A stretch of DNA of 63,758 nt, counting the filler, from Kipferlia bialata (taxonomy: Eukaryota), in NCBI GenBank assembly GCA_003568945.1. It is 5 parts of 5 records of this genome, joined end to end, with 100 filler letters (N's around TTAATTAATTAA, not from the genome) between each part and the next. Parts side by side here need not be neighbours in the genome. Positions count along the whole stretch, not along the records: positions 1 to 23,435 come from BDIP01000258.1; 4 more parts are not named here. One strand, 5' to 3'. Positions 1-11,500 of this stretch are shown here, piece after piece. The translations under genes were made by a program, and so were the position numbers. Positions within the stretch are counted from its first letter, which is position 1; the number at the start of each line of letters is the position of its first letter. Under the pieces are notes generated by a model that made no database searches, was not told the origin of the DNA, and saw only the letters and a list, made by a program, of their open reading frames with translations.

Positions 1-52
<52 letters not shown>

Positions 53-53
<1 letters not shown>

Positions 54-761
54 CTAGAGAGGGAGAAAGATGAAATCGAGGAAGAGAGACACGCATGCTC
101 CATGTGTACCTTGTTCTCGAAGGAGGCTGACCCGTCCTTGAGTGCATCGATGATGGATGCTGATCCTGACCCCTGCTTGGTCAGGGCCTCGGCGTCAACA
201 GTCTGACCGCCCTCACTCTTGAGGAGGGTGGAGGGAATGGCATCCCCTCCGTCAATCACATCCTCTGTGACCATATCCTCTAGGGGTGAGGGTATGAGAC
301 GAAGGGAGAAGAGCATTACGACGTATCTCCACTGAAAAGACTTTAGCTACCACTCCGGAGATAACGCGTACCTGGATTGCCACAGAGCCTTACACACTGC
401 TCCAGGACCTCATCGTACTCGTACCAGCACCCGTAGGTCAGTCCAATCAGGCACCGGCAGGGGACACGGAAGGAACTGACACCAACCTTCGACTTAGTAG
501 ATACAATATGGAGATGCTATGCCTAACACTCATGACTGAGACTCTGAAGCAGCCACCCACCTGTCCACCACCTGCCCGTGCCATGCTGAAGGACCCATCG
601 GGGCAACGCAGGGCAACGTGATCGTTCTTCCCTATTGTATTAGGGTTGGCCAGAGGGACAAGTGGCTCAACAGCCACGGGCTCTGTGGTCTCCGCGACAG
701 TTTCCACTGCCTTCACCGTCTCTACTACACAAGGCACATCAGCCCCTGTGTCTATCTCCAT
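53..761 (-). CDS. TRM6: tRNA m1A58 methyltransferase non-catalytic subunit TRM6/Gcd10-like, 5' part (multi-exon, runs off window into poly-G)
   Basis: ATG at 761; exons ~561-761, ~372-495, ~109-281 joined by GT-AG introns give MEIDTG...IGKNDHVALRCPDG...LIGLTYGCWYEY...GGQTVDAEALTKQGSGSASIIDALKDGSASFENK. This resembles the Gcd10 N-terminal pattern (Q.L..E.I..LK..G.SG..II..L..NS.TF..K). Recognised by eye. Confidence 0.65.
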
Positions 762-884
762 CCACGAGCAGATAGTGACTAAAGAGGTCTGGCTTCTGAG
801 CATCTTAGACATGTGAACCCCTTCGATTCTGTCGCAAACACGCAATCGAAGCTGACCAGCATCTTTCTTGGGAAGAATCGGCAA

Positions 885-2312
885 ATGGCAAAGCGTCAAG
901 CCGTGAAGCCTGTGGAGGAGGTGATGGACTCCGAGGAGACCTCAAGTACGATTGTAGAGGAGATGATGGACGATGAGTTCGCTTTCGGCTCTGGATCTGA
1001 GGGTGAGGAGGAGATCCTTCCTTTCGAGCGGAAGGCTGCTCTTAGGATTGCCCAGCAGGTGGCTGAGGCTGACGGTGCTGAGAAGGAGCTTGCTACAGCA
1101 GTTTCTGCCGACGAGGAGGGTAGATACGACTTCACCATGGATATGGGCAGTGATCTTGAGGCCGTCCACCAGAGGTTCCTCAAGATTGTTCACACACTGC
1201 AGGTGTTTAAGGACAGGAGGGCACTTCACCTGAAGCGTACTGACTACCTTAGCCAGCTAGCTCTGGACCTGAGTGTGTACTACGGGTACAGTGAGTGGCA
1301 CATCAGTATGCTGCTTGAGCTATTCCCACCTGTGGAGTTGATCGACTATCTGGAGGCCAACGAGAAGCCAAGACCTCTTGTTCTCCGTGCCAATGGACTG
1401 AAGACCAAGCGTGGAGAGCTTGCTCGTTCCCTCATTGCCAGAGGAGTTGACCTGGACCCTGTTGGGGACTGGACCAGAGAGGGTCTGCATGTGTACAAGT
1501 CCCAGGTGCCCCTGGGAGCCACCCCTGAGTACCTGCTGGGCCACTACCTCATTCAGGACGCTGCCTCTTTCCTGCCCGTGCTTGCTCTGGGAGCCAAGCC
1601 AGGCGAGAGGGTGCTGGATATGGCCGCTGCCCCAGGAGGCAAGACCACCCACATTGGCCAGTTCATGAAGAACGAGGGCACTCTGCTGGCCAACGATGTC
1701 AACGAGGACCGTATCCCATCCCTGCTGGCCAACATCCAGAGGCTGGGGATCTGCAACTGCGTGGTGACCAACTACGATGGACGCAACCTGACCAAGATCA
1801 TCGGGGCCACCCTCGACAGGGTGCTGCTGGATGCCCCCTGTACCGGTCTGGGCACTGTGTCCAGGGACCCCACCGCCAAGGTGTCCAAGGACGGCACCGA
1901 TGTGCTGCGCATGGCCCATCTGCAGAAGGAGCTGGCCCTGGCCGCCATCGACATGCTCAAGGTCGGGGGCTCCCTCGTGTACTCCACCTGTTCCATCACA
2001 GTGCCGGAGAACGAGGCCATTGTGGACTATCTGCTCAAGTACAGGCACGTCAAGATCCAGCCCCTGCCCGAGGCCATCCAGTTTGGAAGGCCCGGCCTGG
2101 TCAACTTCCGTGGCAAGAGGTTTGACGCCTCCATCAAGCATGCCCGCCGTGTGTACCCCCACACCCACAACATGCTGGGCTTCTTTGTGTGCCTGCTGGT
2201 TAAGACTGAGCCCGGCGTCAAGGGCAAGAGGCCCGACGGCTCCGGCCCACCCAAGGCCACTGTGCCCAAGATGAAGAGGAAGCCCAGGCCCATGCCCAAC
2301 AAGAGGATCTAA
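885..2312 (+). CDS. NOP2: 25S/28S rRNA (cytosine-C5) methyltransferase NOP2/NSUN1, intronless
   Basis: ATG at 885 (MAKRQAVK) within ORF 813-2312. Motifs GATPEYLLGHY, VLDMAAAPGGKT, DRVLLDAPCTGLG (motif IV Cys), LVYSTCS (motif VI Cys), RRVYPHTHNMLGFF; basic C-tail. Confidence 0.95.
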   Translation: MAKRQAVKPVEEVMDSEETSSTIVEEMMDDEFAFGSGSEGEEEILPFERKAALRIAQQVAEADGAEKELATAVSADEEGRYDFTMDMGSDLEAVHQRFLKIVHTLQVFKDRRALHLKRTDYLSQLALDLSVYYGYSEWHISMLLELFPPVELIDYLEANEKPRPLVLRANGLKTKRGELARSLIARGVDLDPVGDWTREGLHVYKSQVPLGATPEYLLGHYLIQDAASFLPVLALGAKPGERVLDMAAAPGGKTTHIGQFMKNEGTLLANDVNEDRIPSLLANIQRLGICNCVVTNYDGRNLTKIIGATLDRVLLDAPCTGLGTVSRDPTAKVSKDGTDVLRMAHLQKELALAAIDMLKVGGSLVYSTCSITVPENEAIVDYLLKYRHVKIQPLPEAIQFGRPGLVNFRGKRFDASIKHARRVYPHTHNMLGFFVCLLVKTEPGVKGKRPDGSGPPKATVPKMKRKPRPMPNKRI

Positions 2313-2526
2313 CGCGCCGTGTAGTGTCTGTTTGTGTTGTGTTTCGTGTACTCTTTCGTTAACTTGTTACTTACTATCCCGTAGACTAAATTGCGTGATG
2401 CAGTATGTGAGAGTAAGGACATATCATGATATGGCTAGTTGAATTGGTACGAAATCTACTTGGCAATCACACATCACCATAACACAAAGACACATCACAA
2501 AACATAGGGAACATCACCCCCGGAAC

Positions 2527-4164
2527 TCACAGGTCATCAGACACGCTGGACACATCACTCTCTGTGTCACTGTCTGTGGCAGGGCAGGGACTGTCCCCAG
2601 GGGCATCACCCTCAGAGGACTCAGCCTCAGACTGTACCTGGCCTTCTACCTCTCCCTCTGCCTCTGCCTCTGCCTCTGCCTCTGCCTCTGCCTCTGTCTC
2701 ACTCTCAGGCTCTGGTTCAAACTCGCTCTCGCTGTCACTCTCACTCTCACTCTCGGACTCTGTCTCCTCTGTCCCCATCTGGGACATCCGCTCTCTCAGC
2801 TGCTGGGCAAGCATGGACTGCAGATCACCCTCAATCACACCGGGGGACCGCTGGGCCAGGCGTGGTGTCCCACCTGGGCTCCTATCACCAACCGACCTCA
2901 GCTTGAAGCCCTGGCTTGCTGCCGACTTAATGGCAGCCACCATATCCAGCTGTGCCCTCCTGGGCGATATGACAGCGGAGCGGGAGAGAGAGGAGGCGCC
3001 CTTGGCCTGTCTGGGGGACCGGTACAGCCCTGCCCTGCCACTCTGGGGCGAGACGTGCCTCAGCCTCACAGACCCCAGCACGTCAGGGGTGAGCACCATA
3101 CGGTCACTGTCGGTGAGAGGCCGGGCCTGACCCTTGGGGGCGGGCGCATTTTTCGGGGTCTGCTTGGGAGTGGACATGAGGGGTGGAGGTGGGGGAGGGG
3201 GAGGGGGGGCACCGACACCGGGTGGGGGAGGGGGAGGGGGAGGAGGAGCGCCCCCCATGGGTACTGGTGGGGGTGGAGGGGGAGGTATGGCCCCACCCGG
3301 CACAGGGGGAGGGGGCAGGGAGGGCAGTCCCGGGGGGAGAGGGGCGGGGGGCATCAGCATTCTGATTCCCTGACATTAGTTGTCTGATTAGAGTCTACTA
3401 CTTACTGACTCAATTGTCTATGATATGGATAATAATCCCAGTCCATGTAATACTATACAAGCGTATACCTGTGGGGTGGCCACAAGGTCCCCTGGACACC
3501 CTGGCTCCTGTCCAGGCTTCAAGGCAGTGATTAGACCTCTCAGATACTCAGCCTCACCCCTAGTCTGCTTCAGCTCGGCCTGGACATCAGATTCTCATTA
3601 GAGACTCTCGTATAGGTGCATCATTGTATGTATATACAGAAGTAAGCAGTCGGATAAGAAACACAGCTGACCTGGAGATCACTGAGACTCTTCTCCATCT
3701 CGGACCTGGCAGCGGTCCGCTCCCGCATCGTAATGGCGGCCTTGCGCAGTGTCTTCTGGACCTTGGGGTAAGGTATCCTTAGGTATTTGTATATACAATG
3801 AACAATATTATGTCTGAGATCGTAGTATATATGGTATATACAAGTATATCTGATCTACCTTATGCACTGGGTTCCTCTTGTAGAGCAGACCCCTCTTGAC
3901 AGCACCCCTCTTGGTGCCATCGGGGTTGTACTGGCTGAGCTTAGATTGGTTACACATGTAATACACAGTATCTTCACGTACAGTCTCTTGAGAAGCTCCG
4001 GATCGCTGGCATACAACCGAGCAAGCTCTTCCATGGCTTTCTGGCAGTGAGCACACAACAATGATACGGACGAATATGTAAGGAATGTGTGAGTTGAGTC
4101 CCATACTTACCTGTGTCTCTACATTATCAGCCTGGTGCTTGCCGTCCTCTCGAAGATGTGCCAT
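2527..4164 (-). CDS. Coiled-coil + polyproline + WH2-like protein with acidic tail (about 6 exons)
   Basis: Exons MAHLREDGK..ETQ / KAMEELARLY / QYNPDG..VHK / VQKTLRKA..DLQ / AELKQTRG..PQ splice into the large last exon 2527-~3369. That exon has poly-Pro runs and WH2-like LTPDVLGSVRLRHV and LDMVAAIKSAASQGFKLRSV. Confidence 0.6.
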
Positions 4165-4407
4165 ACAGAGTATCTCGATCCACAGAAACTACGAGGTGTG
4201 GATATTTACTTCTGCAAGGATGTTGGAGAGAGTGCTGAGCCGGCAAACTGCAAAATTCAAAAATTATGAGACGGCATTTCGGAAAATGTCATTTCCTGTC
4301 ATACTTGTCACCATTGAGTTCCTCCGGTGACTATTCAGGAGGCCAACACCAAATCATGAATCGCTTGCAAAGACAGTACCCACTGAAGAGAATATATACA
4401 TACAGTT

Positions 4408-7312
4408 CTATTTCCTGCCTCGTGACGAGGAGAGCATCTCCTGGATCACCCTCAAGTCATCCACGTGCATCCTGGACGATATCCCCCCTCTGTGGGACCG
4501 GGACTGGGAGAGCCTCACGCGCTCCTCGTCAATCAGCGATGCCAGCTCCTCATCGAGGTGGGTGTGGTACAGGGGCTGCTGGTCCAGGCCACTCGACCTC
4601 AGGGGGGGAGGGGGTCTGGCGGTGACTGTGTCCCTCTCTCTGACACGCCTCTTCTCCCCCCTGTGTACATACTCATCATTAACCAGACTGGTCTGCGCCT
4701 TGCTCTGTATCTCTAGGGTAGCTCTCTCAAGCTCTCTTGCCGTCCTATCCAGCTCCTCCTCCTGCTCCTCCTGTCTCAGCGTAGACACCCGCAGCAGGTC
4801 CTTCAACCGACGGTGCTTGTCCCTCAGTCGCACCTGCTTCTCGCTGACCACCTCCAGACGTGTGAGGGCCTCCTTGAGATCCGCCTCCAATCTGAGACGC
4901 TGCCTACCCCACCGCCTCTCATCCGACCGGTGGCTCTCTAGGCTCTCGGCAAGACGTCTCTCTGCCTCCCTCACGACTGCTGCGGCGGCATCCGACGTGT
5001 CCAACTTCTCTCTCTCCTTGGCCGCCACCTCCTGCCGGGCCTCTCCCTCCATGGAACTCATCCTGGCACGGATCCCATGTAGCTCCGCAGCGTCCCTCTC
5101 GGCCCTGGCGACAGCCTTGCCGGCCTCCTCCCTCAGTGCCTCGATGGTGCCCTGCAGCCCCCTCTCCCGTCCTGCCACGTCTGCCAGCTGGCGCCTCAGG
5201 TCATCCGCTGCCCCCTGTGCCTTAGCCAGGTCCCCCCTTACCGTGTCGAGGGACGCACCGAACTGCTGGGCAAGGGCCTTGGCCTGGGTGGCACGGGCCT
5301 CTGCGCTGGTGGCCCTGACCTCTGCCTCTGCCGCATGGGTCTGGGCACAGGCGCACTCCTCCCTGAGCCGGGTTACAACGTCCAGCACGGTGTCCTCGCC
5401 CTCGCGGCACATGCCTCGCACCGCGTCTCTCATGTCCATGCACTCCTTCCGCCATGCTATGGCACTCTCCCGCTGCTCTGTGTACTGGTCCTTGAGTCTG
5501 GCCAGGGCAGCCCGGCACTCACTCAGCCTAGTGTCCAGATCATCTGCCGTGGCCTGCCTCGAGGCTGCTGTCTCCTGACAGGCAGTCAGCTGGGCCTGGA
5601 GGGAGGCGGCACGAGTAGTCTCCCTGTCCAGCCCTCCACTCAGCTCTGCCACCCGCCCCTCCAGCTGTGCCGCAGCGGCCTCTGCCTCAGACAGGCTCTG
5701 CTGTAGGGCGGCCTTCTCCGTGTCTGACCCGTGGGTGAGGTCGTCCACCCTCTGCTGCAGGTAGTCCCGCCTCTCAATCACCCCGGGTAGCTCAGTACTG
5801 TCACGCTCCAGCTCTGCTATCTGGGACCTGAGCTTAGCGATCAGTCGGTTGCTGGCCACGGTGGTGGATCGAGTGGTGTCCTCGGCAGCAGTGAGGCGGG
5901 ACAGGAGATCCTCACTTAGGGTAGCTGCGTCTGCGGCTGCCCCGGCCTGTCTACGCAAGGACTCCACCTCGGCTGCCGTCTCTGCGGCCTCCTGGGCTGC
6001 CTCAACTGTAGAGGCCTGGAGAGAGGCGAGGTCAGCACGGGCCTTGGCCAGGTCCTCCTCCAGCGTGGCACATCTACCTGCCAGCTCCACAGTGCGTGCC
6101 TCTGCAGTCTGTGTGCGAGACGCCAACTGCTCGTTTTGTCGGGAGAGTGCCACTACCTCAGCAGTGCTGGTCTGGTGGTCAGCAAGGAGACCCTCGTACC
6201 TGGGGTGAGTGCAGTCACGAGTACATATTTGGGAATTATGAATAGTAGTGGCGTCTGACTTCTACAGCACATACAAGACAAGCCCATACCTGACTGACAG
6301 GGCTGCGTGTGCTTCATCAGCCCGCTGGGCCCTGCCCTCCAGGTCGGTGGCCCTCAGAGCCATACTCTCCCTCTCAGACACCAGCCTGTCAGCCTTGGTC
6401 GACATCTCAGCCAGCTTCCTCTCAGCCTCTGCCCTGGCCGTATCCAGCCGGGTGCGCTGCAGCCCAGCAGCCTTCAGACTCTGCCGAAGCTCAGCTGCGA
6501 GTCGGGCATCCCCTTCCAGACGCCTGCAGGTCTCTTGGGCGGCCACCAGCTCTGCCTGGGCTGTGCGGTTGGTCTCACGCATGGACTCGTACCTAGGGGT
6601 CAAAAACGAGCGAAGGAACTACACAAGATATATATACAATTAAATATATATATGCATATATCTTAATAAGTCTGTCGCACCTTGCCTCCCACTCCTTGGC
6701 CTCGGCGAGTGCGGCAGAGAGGTCGGGGGACGGGGAGGTAGGGGACACGGAAGCATCCACGCTTCTGCTGCCCTCCCCCTCTCTCCCCCTCTCGCACTGT
6801 TGAGACACGGCCTGCAGCCTTGCCCTCTCCCGCACAAGCTCTGCACTCAGCCTGTCCCTCTCGGGCTCCACCTCCAACAGACGCTGGGACAGGGTGGCAA
6901 GCTGCTCCTCCAGGTCCACCACGTGCTGCCTGGATGTCACAGCCCCACTCTTGGCAGAGTCCAGCTTCTGTTGAAGGTCAGCGATCCTGAGTTAGGAGTG
7001 TATCCTGCGACACATATACAGACGACTATTGAATATATAATTGTGTCTTGTCAGGGTCAACTGCACCTGTGTGTCTGGTCGTCTCTGGCCTCCGTCTGTG
7101 CCGTGGACCCTCTGACCAACCCTTCGAGGGACTGCAGCAGCTCTCCCATGGTGTCCACACACATGCTGACATGGGGGGACAGGGCAACCTGGGCTGAGGG
7201 GTCCCCCAGGGAGGCCAGGCCCTTCTGCACCCCTACCAGGGCATCTGCGGCGTGTCTTGCTGTCTGCACTGCCTGCTTGAGGGGCTGGGCAGGGAGGGGC
7301 CCAATAGAGCCG
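4408..7312 (-). CDS. Long coiled-coil protein, 5'-incomplete (exons ~7066-7312, ~6670-6990, ~6290-6592, 4408-~6200)
   Basis: Ala/Glu/Arg/Leu heptad-rich ORFs 4408-6153, 6262-6603, 6593-6940 and 7057-7269 separated by GT-AG introns; the upstream acceptor runs into a poly-C(-)/poly-G(+) tract. Confidence 0.75.
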
Positions 7313-7354
7313 CTGAGGTGAGGGGGGGGGGGGGGGGGGGAGGGGGGGAGAAAA

Positions 7355-7398
<44 letters not shown>

Positions 7399-7411
7399 GA
7401 GAATTCACCTA

Positions 7412-8193
7412 CCGCTCTGATATGCTTCATGTTATGACTGTACCGTGCCCCCATCATCGGAAGTGGTCCCTCGTATATAGTCCAGGTGTCTGCATGGTAA
7501 GATAACGTTAGAGTCCAAAATGATACATATGCAGCAGACATATGGGAGGAGAGAAACATATATACAAGGCATGTACAATACGCTGTATATTGTCAATATA
7601 CACAAAGTTTGACTGAACACAACTTCTACATATACTGATATATAGAGGCAGGGGAGATACCTTCGTCAATGGTGTATATCCACAGGGTGGGTCGGATGAA
7701 GGAGAGGGCGTTTCTCTCTCCACATAACACGTACACCCTGCCCCTGACAGTGCATGCACAGAAGATCTTGGCGAACTCTCCAAGGCCGGGGAAGGGGGTA
7801 CACTCACTGTCAATATCACCGTAGAACCGACTGACGTATGGGAGGCGGCTGAAGAACTGGGCAGATCTGTCCGTATAGGCCAACACAAGATTATGACTAA
7901 CGTGACAGAGTCTGGAGTCAGCCATACAACAGCACCAATCACAGACAGAGATTAGCCAGTGCCACAGAACGATCCATTATATACACACATGCCCCTCACC
8001 AGTTGCATGTCCACTCCAGAGCGTGTCCACATATTATCTATATAAAACCTAACTATATCAGTGTCACATACCTTGTGCCATACTCAGACTGCCTGGGCCT
8101 GTCCAGCCACCTTGCCGGCCATGTCGATAGTAATGTCTCCTTCTCCCCTGTCACAGCATCCAGTCTCAGATAGGTAGGTTTCCCAGGGGGCAT
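7412..8193 (-). CDS. Kelch-like beta-propeller protein, 5' fragment
   Basis: Spliced peptide ...ACTVRGRVYVLCGE...TLWIYTIDE/DTWTIYEGPLPMMGARYSHNM has kelch-repeat spacing (VYVxxG...Y...xxW...P.....R..H). The 3' end is lost at the poly-G at 7321-7395. Confidence 0.45.
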
Positions 8194-8562
8194 TACTGCA
8201 TAAAGTGAATGGGTAGAGAGAGAGTCTTTTGACCCATGTTTTTTTGTTTCCAACACCCTTTCTCATCCTGATTCCGACCAAGCTTTACGCTCAATGCAAG
8301 TATATATTGTCACATGGCGGCTTAAAGCTGTCCCTTCCGAGAACAAATAGAAATACAACAGAAAACATCAAAACCCCTGTGACTCATCAGAGGTCATGCT
8401 TAGCCTAGCCTAAACCGATACCACCACATATCCCTAGTTGAGTCTCTTGTACAGTGTGTAGTAGTCGAGGGCTAGTCATCTACTAGAGTATACATATACC
8501 ACCACACTGATATATATATGCCTATGAGAGAGAGGCTACTCCCTCTCGCAAGTCTAGGCTCT

Positions 8563-11500
8563 CTAGTTGAGTCTCTTGTACAGTGCATAGTAGTCGAGGT
8601 CTGCATTGACAACGACGGGTGGGGTGTCGCCATTGAGCCTAGGGGGTAAGTATACTTCTGTATAGCCAAGAGTGGAAGTCACAACTTCCAATGAATACTC
8701 TCGTAGTGTATGTATATGTATATATATATACTCCTACCTGGCTATCTGGGCCTTGAGTGAGTCAATCTCGGCCTGTTTCTGCACATACACCCTCTGGGGC
8801 GGTGTCCAAAGACCACTGAACTGCATCCTGGCCAGTATGCCACACTGCACTGTGACCTGGTGTGACAAGGAACAGAGTAGGTAAGTGCACAATTGAGAGT
8901 GTTTGCCACACCTCCTTGTTGGCCTTGAATAGAGTGAGCTCCAGCTCTGGTGTTGTGCCCACATAGTCGATCTGGGCCTGGGTCTCCTCGGCCAGTCTCT
9001 TGAACCGAAGGTACCTCTTCCTAGGGTGTTACACACATACCTTGTTAAAGCATAGTATTGCCTAACATGTAGCTTATAATATACACCCACCTGTTTGATA
9101 TGTAGCTTATAGTATATACCCACCTGTTTGATATGAATGCGTCCCTCGATGCCTGTGCCACACCCACCGACATGTCAAGGCCACCACTGATGGGTGAGAC
9201 GCACATACTCATATATATGAATAATATAGCATTGACACATATATATGATATATCATCACGCGTGTTAATGTCAAGGCCACCCATGGGGGGTGAGACACGA
9301 AATAACAAGCATTGCAGGCAACGGTTATGAATTGTACTCTCACCCCCCCCTGTGCTGATAGTGTCGGTATCATAACAAATATTGTACTCAACACTCACCC
9401 TCTCCCCTGCACCTTGAGTAAGGACAGGGCACCCTCTGCCTCCTCCAGCTTGGCCTGGGAGTGGAAGGGGGGGTATATACATATAAACATGAATATATAT
9501 TGCGGAAGGGTGTATATAGACACAGATACGCCTCCGCCAGCTTGGCCTGGGGCAAGGGAGAGGATATATGCAATATCTGAATACATAAGATGCTGACTAC
9601 TAACTACTAAGCCTGGAATATCTGAAAACTCAGGAGTATAGTATATGGGTACCTTTAGCAGCTCTGACGATGCCCCGACCTCTCTGACCCTCCTCGCACC
9701 CTTCTTGGACCTGGAGGTGGGTGTATACACAAAGGCTATATACATATATACTGTGCCTGAGAAAATGCAATCGAAACAAGGCAGTGCGAATAATACAGCT
9801 ATGCCCACTCACTTAACCATTCGACACCGAGATTGAATACATATACATACAGAAGAGTATATTCAACCACATTCTTTTATAACACAGAGAGCTACTGGCA
9901 ATGGTGGGACAAAGACATACTCACTTAACCATCAGACACCGAGAACCGAACTCCAGAGAGCACCGGGTCTCCTAAGAGTCAGATAGGGAGAGTGAGATAG
10001 AATGATACTCTCTCCCTACATACTAATTAAGTACAAACCTCTGCATTGCGGCAGTGCTCATCCACGGCTATCAGGAATGCAGTCCTGGGGTCAGGATGGT
10101 GTGACACACCGGTTCACAACGTAGTTTCTACTAGTAGTACCAATCATAATAGACAATCAACCAAGGATGGGAATACCTCTCCACCTGCAACTCCCGCCCA
10201 GTCCTGTCTTCAACTGGGCATGTATATTATGTATATATATATACCCAATGTACCTGCTGTTCCCCCCTAGTCCATTCTTCAGCACCCGAGTGAGGGGACT
10301 GTCCCTGTATGGTATGAACTTGGAGTGCTTCCCAAGGGCCTGGACCACTCTGTTCAGCACAACTGAGGGGTCAGGGGCCATATGTATACATATATATATA
10401 AGGCACTAATATATATATATATATGTATATATGATATATTACGAATACTTAAGAGAGTCAAGTATACCGCATAGTGTAGCAATAGTACCTAGGGATGTGT
10501 TGATGCTCATGGCCTCCTTGGCCTTGACACCCGTGCTATTGGAGCGCTGGGGGTGAGATAAACAGTCATGGATTGTACATGGATACAGGTGATACCCACC
10601 TTGATCCTCTCACTGCCTGCCAGGTCGACAAAGAGGAACTTGGACGTCATGACCTGGCCTGGGGGGTGAGGAATGGTAACATAGTGAGGAATACCCTAGG
10701 TACATATATGAATATTGGGAGTGGGTGTACCACAGTACCTGCTGCGGTTGGCTGAGTGAGCACTGCAAACACCACACAGTGTGATCTAGAGGACCTGTGG
10801 TTCAGCGAGTGGCCCTTGGTGGAACGGGTGGCTGGGGTGAGGACACTAACAGGGACTGAAAGTATGGTACACCAATATGCTCTACTTCATACACACTATA
10901 TACAGTGTGAATGAATGCATATGTATATACATGCCACATATTACCTTCCACTGTCTTTGCCACCCTGATGACATCCTCTATCGACTGGACAGACACCTCC
11001 ATCTGAGGGGTCAGGGAGATATATATATAGAGAGAGAGGGGGGGGGGGGAGATGCCTAGAATACCTGCCCGCTGATCTCCAGCAGGGTGTCTGAGCTCTT
11101 CTGTCTCTTGGCCCTCTCTCTCTGCTTGGCCTTGGCCCTGCCCTCTCATGGTAAATAGGGGTGTAGGGGAGAGAAGAAAGCAGAGTACTCTAATACTGGA
11201 ATACAAGTACAGTAGTACTATATTATAGTGGACTGAGAAGAGATCTTTGAGCGCCTCCACATACCATCTGTGAGAGTCCCGAACTTGAACCTGTCACACG
11301 TGACTGGGCCACTGTCACCCCCAGAGATGCCTGACATTAGGTGAAAGAGATATGTGACAAGTCACATCAAACGGGTACAACATGCCATACCGACTGGGTT
11401 TCTCTTGTTGAGGAGGTCAAAGCAGCCCCCGAAGTATAACTCAACGGAGGAGAGAGTAAGGGTTGCGGGGGTGCCTAGTGATTAGATGTACATAGAGTAT

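Noticed and set aside
1..52. Poly-G/poly-C tracts as telomeres or functional G-quadruplexes
   Set aside because: They sit in introns at contig ends and gaps; lengths are unreliable and no telomeric repeat unit is present.
813..884. N-terminal extension of NOP2 from the ORF track
   Set aside because: It begins at GTG; the first ATG is at 885.
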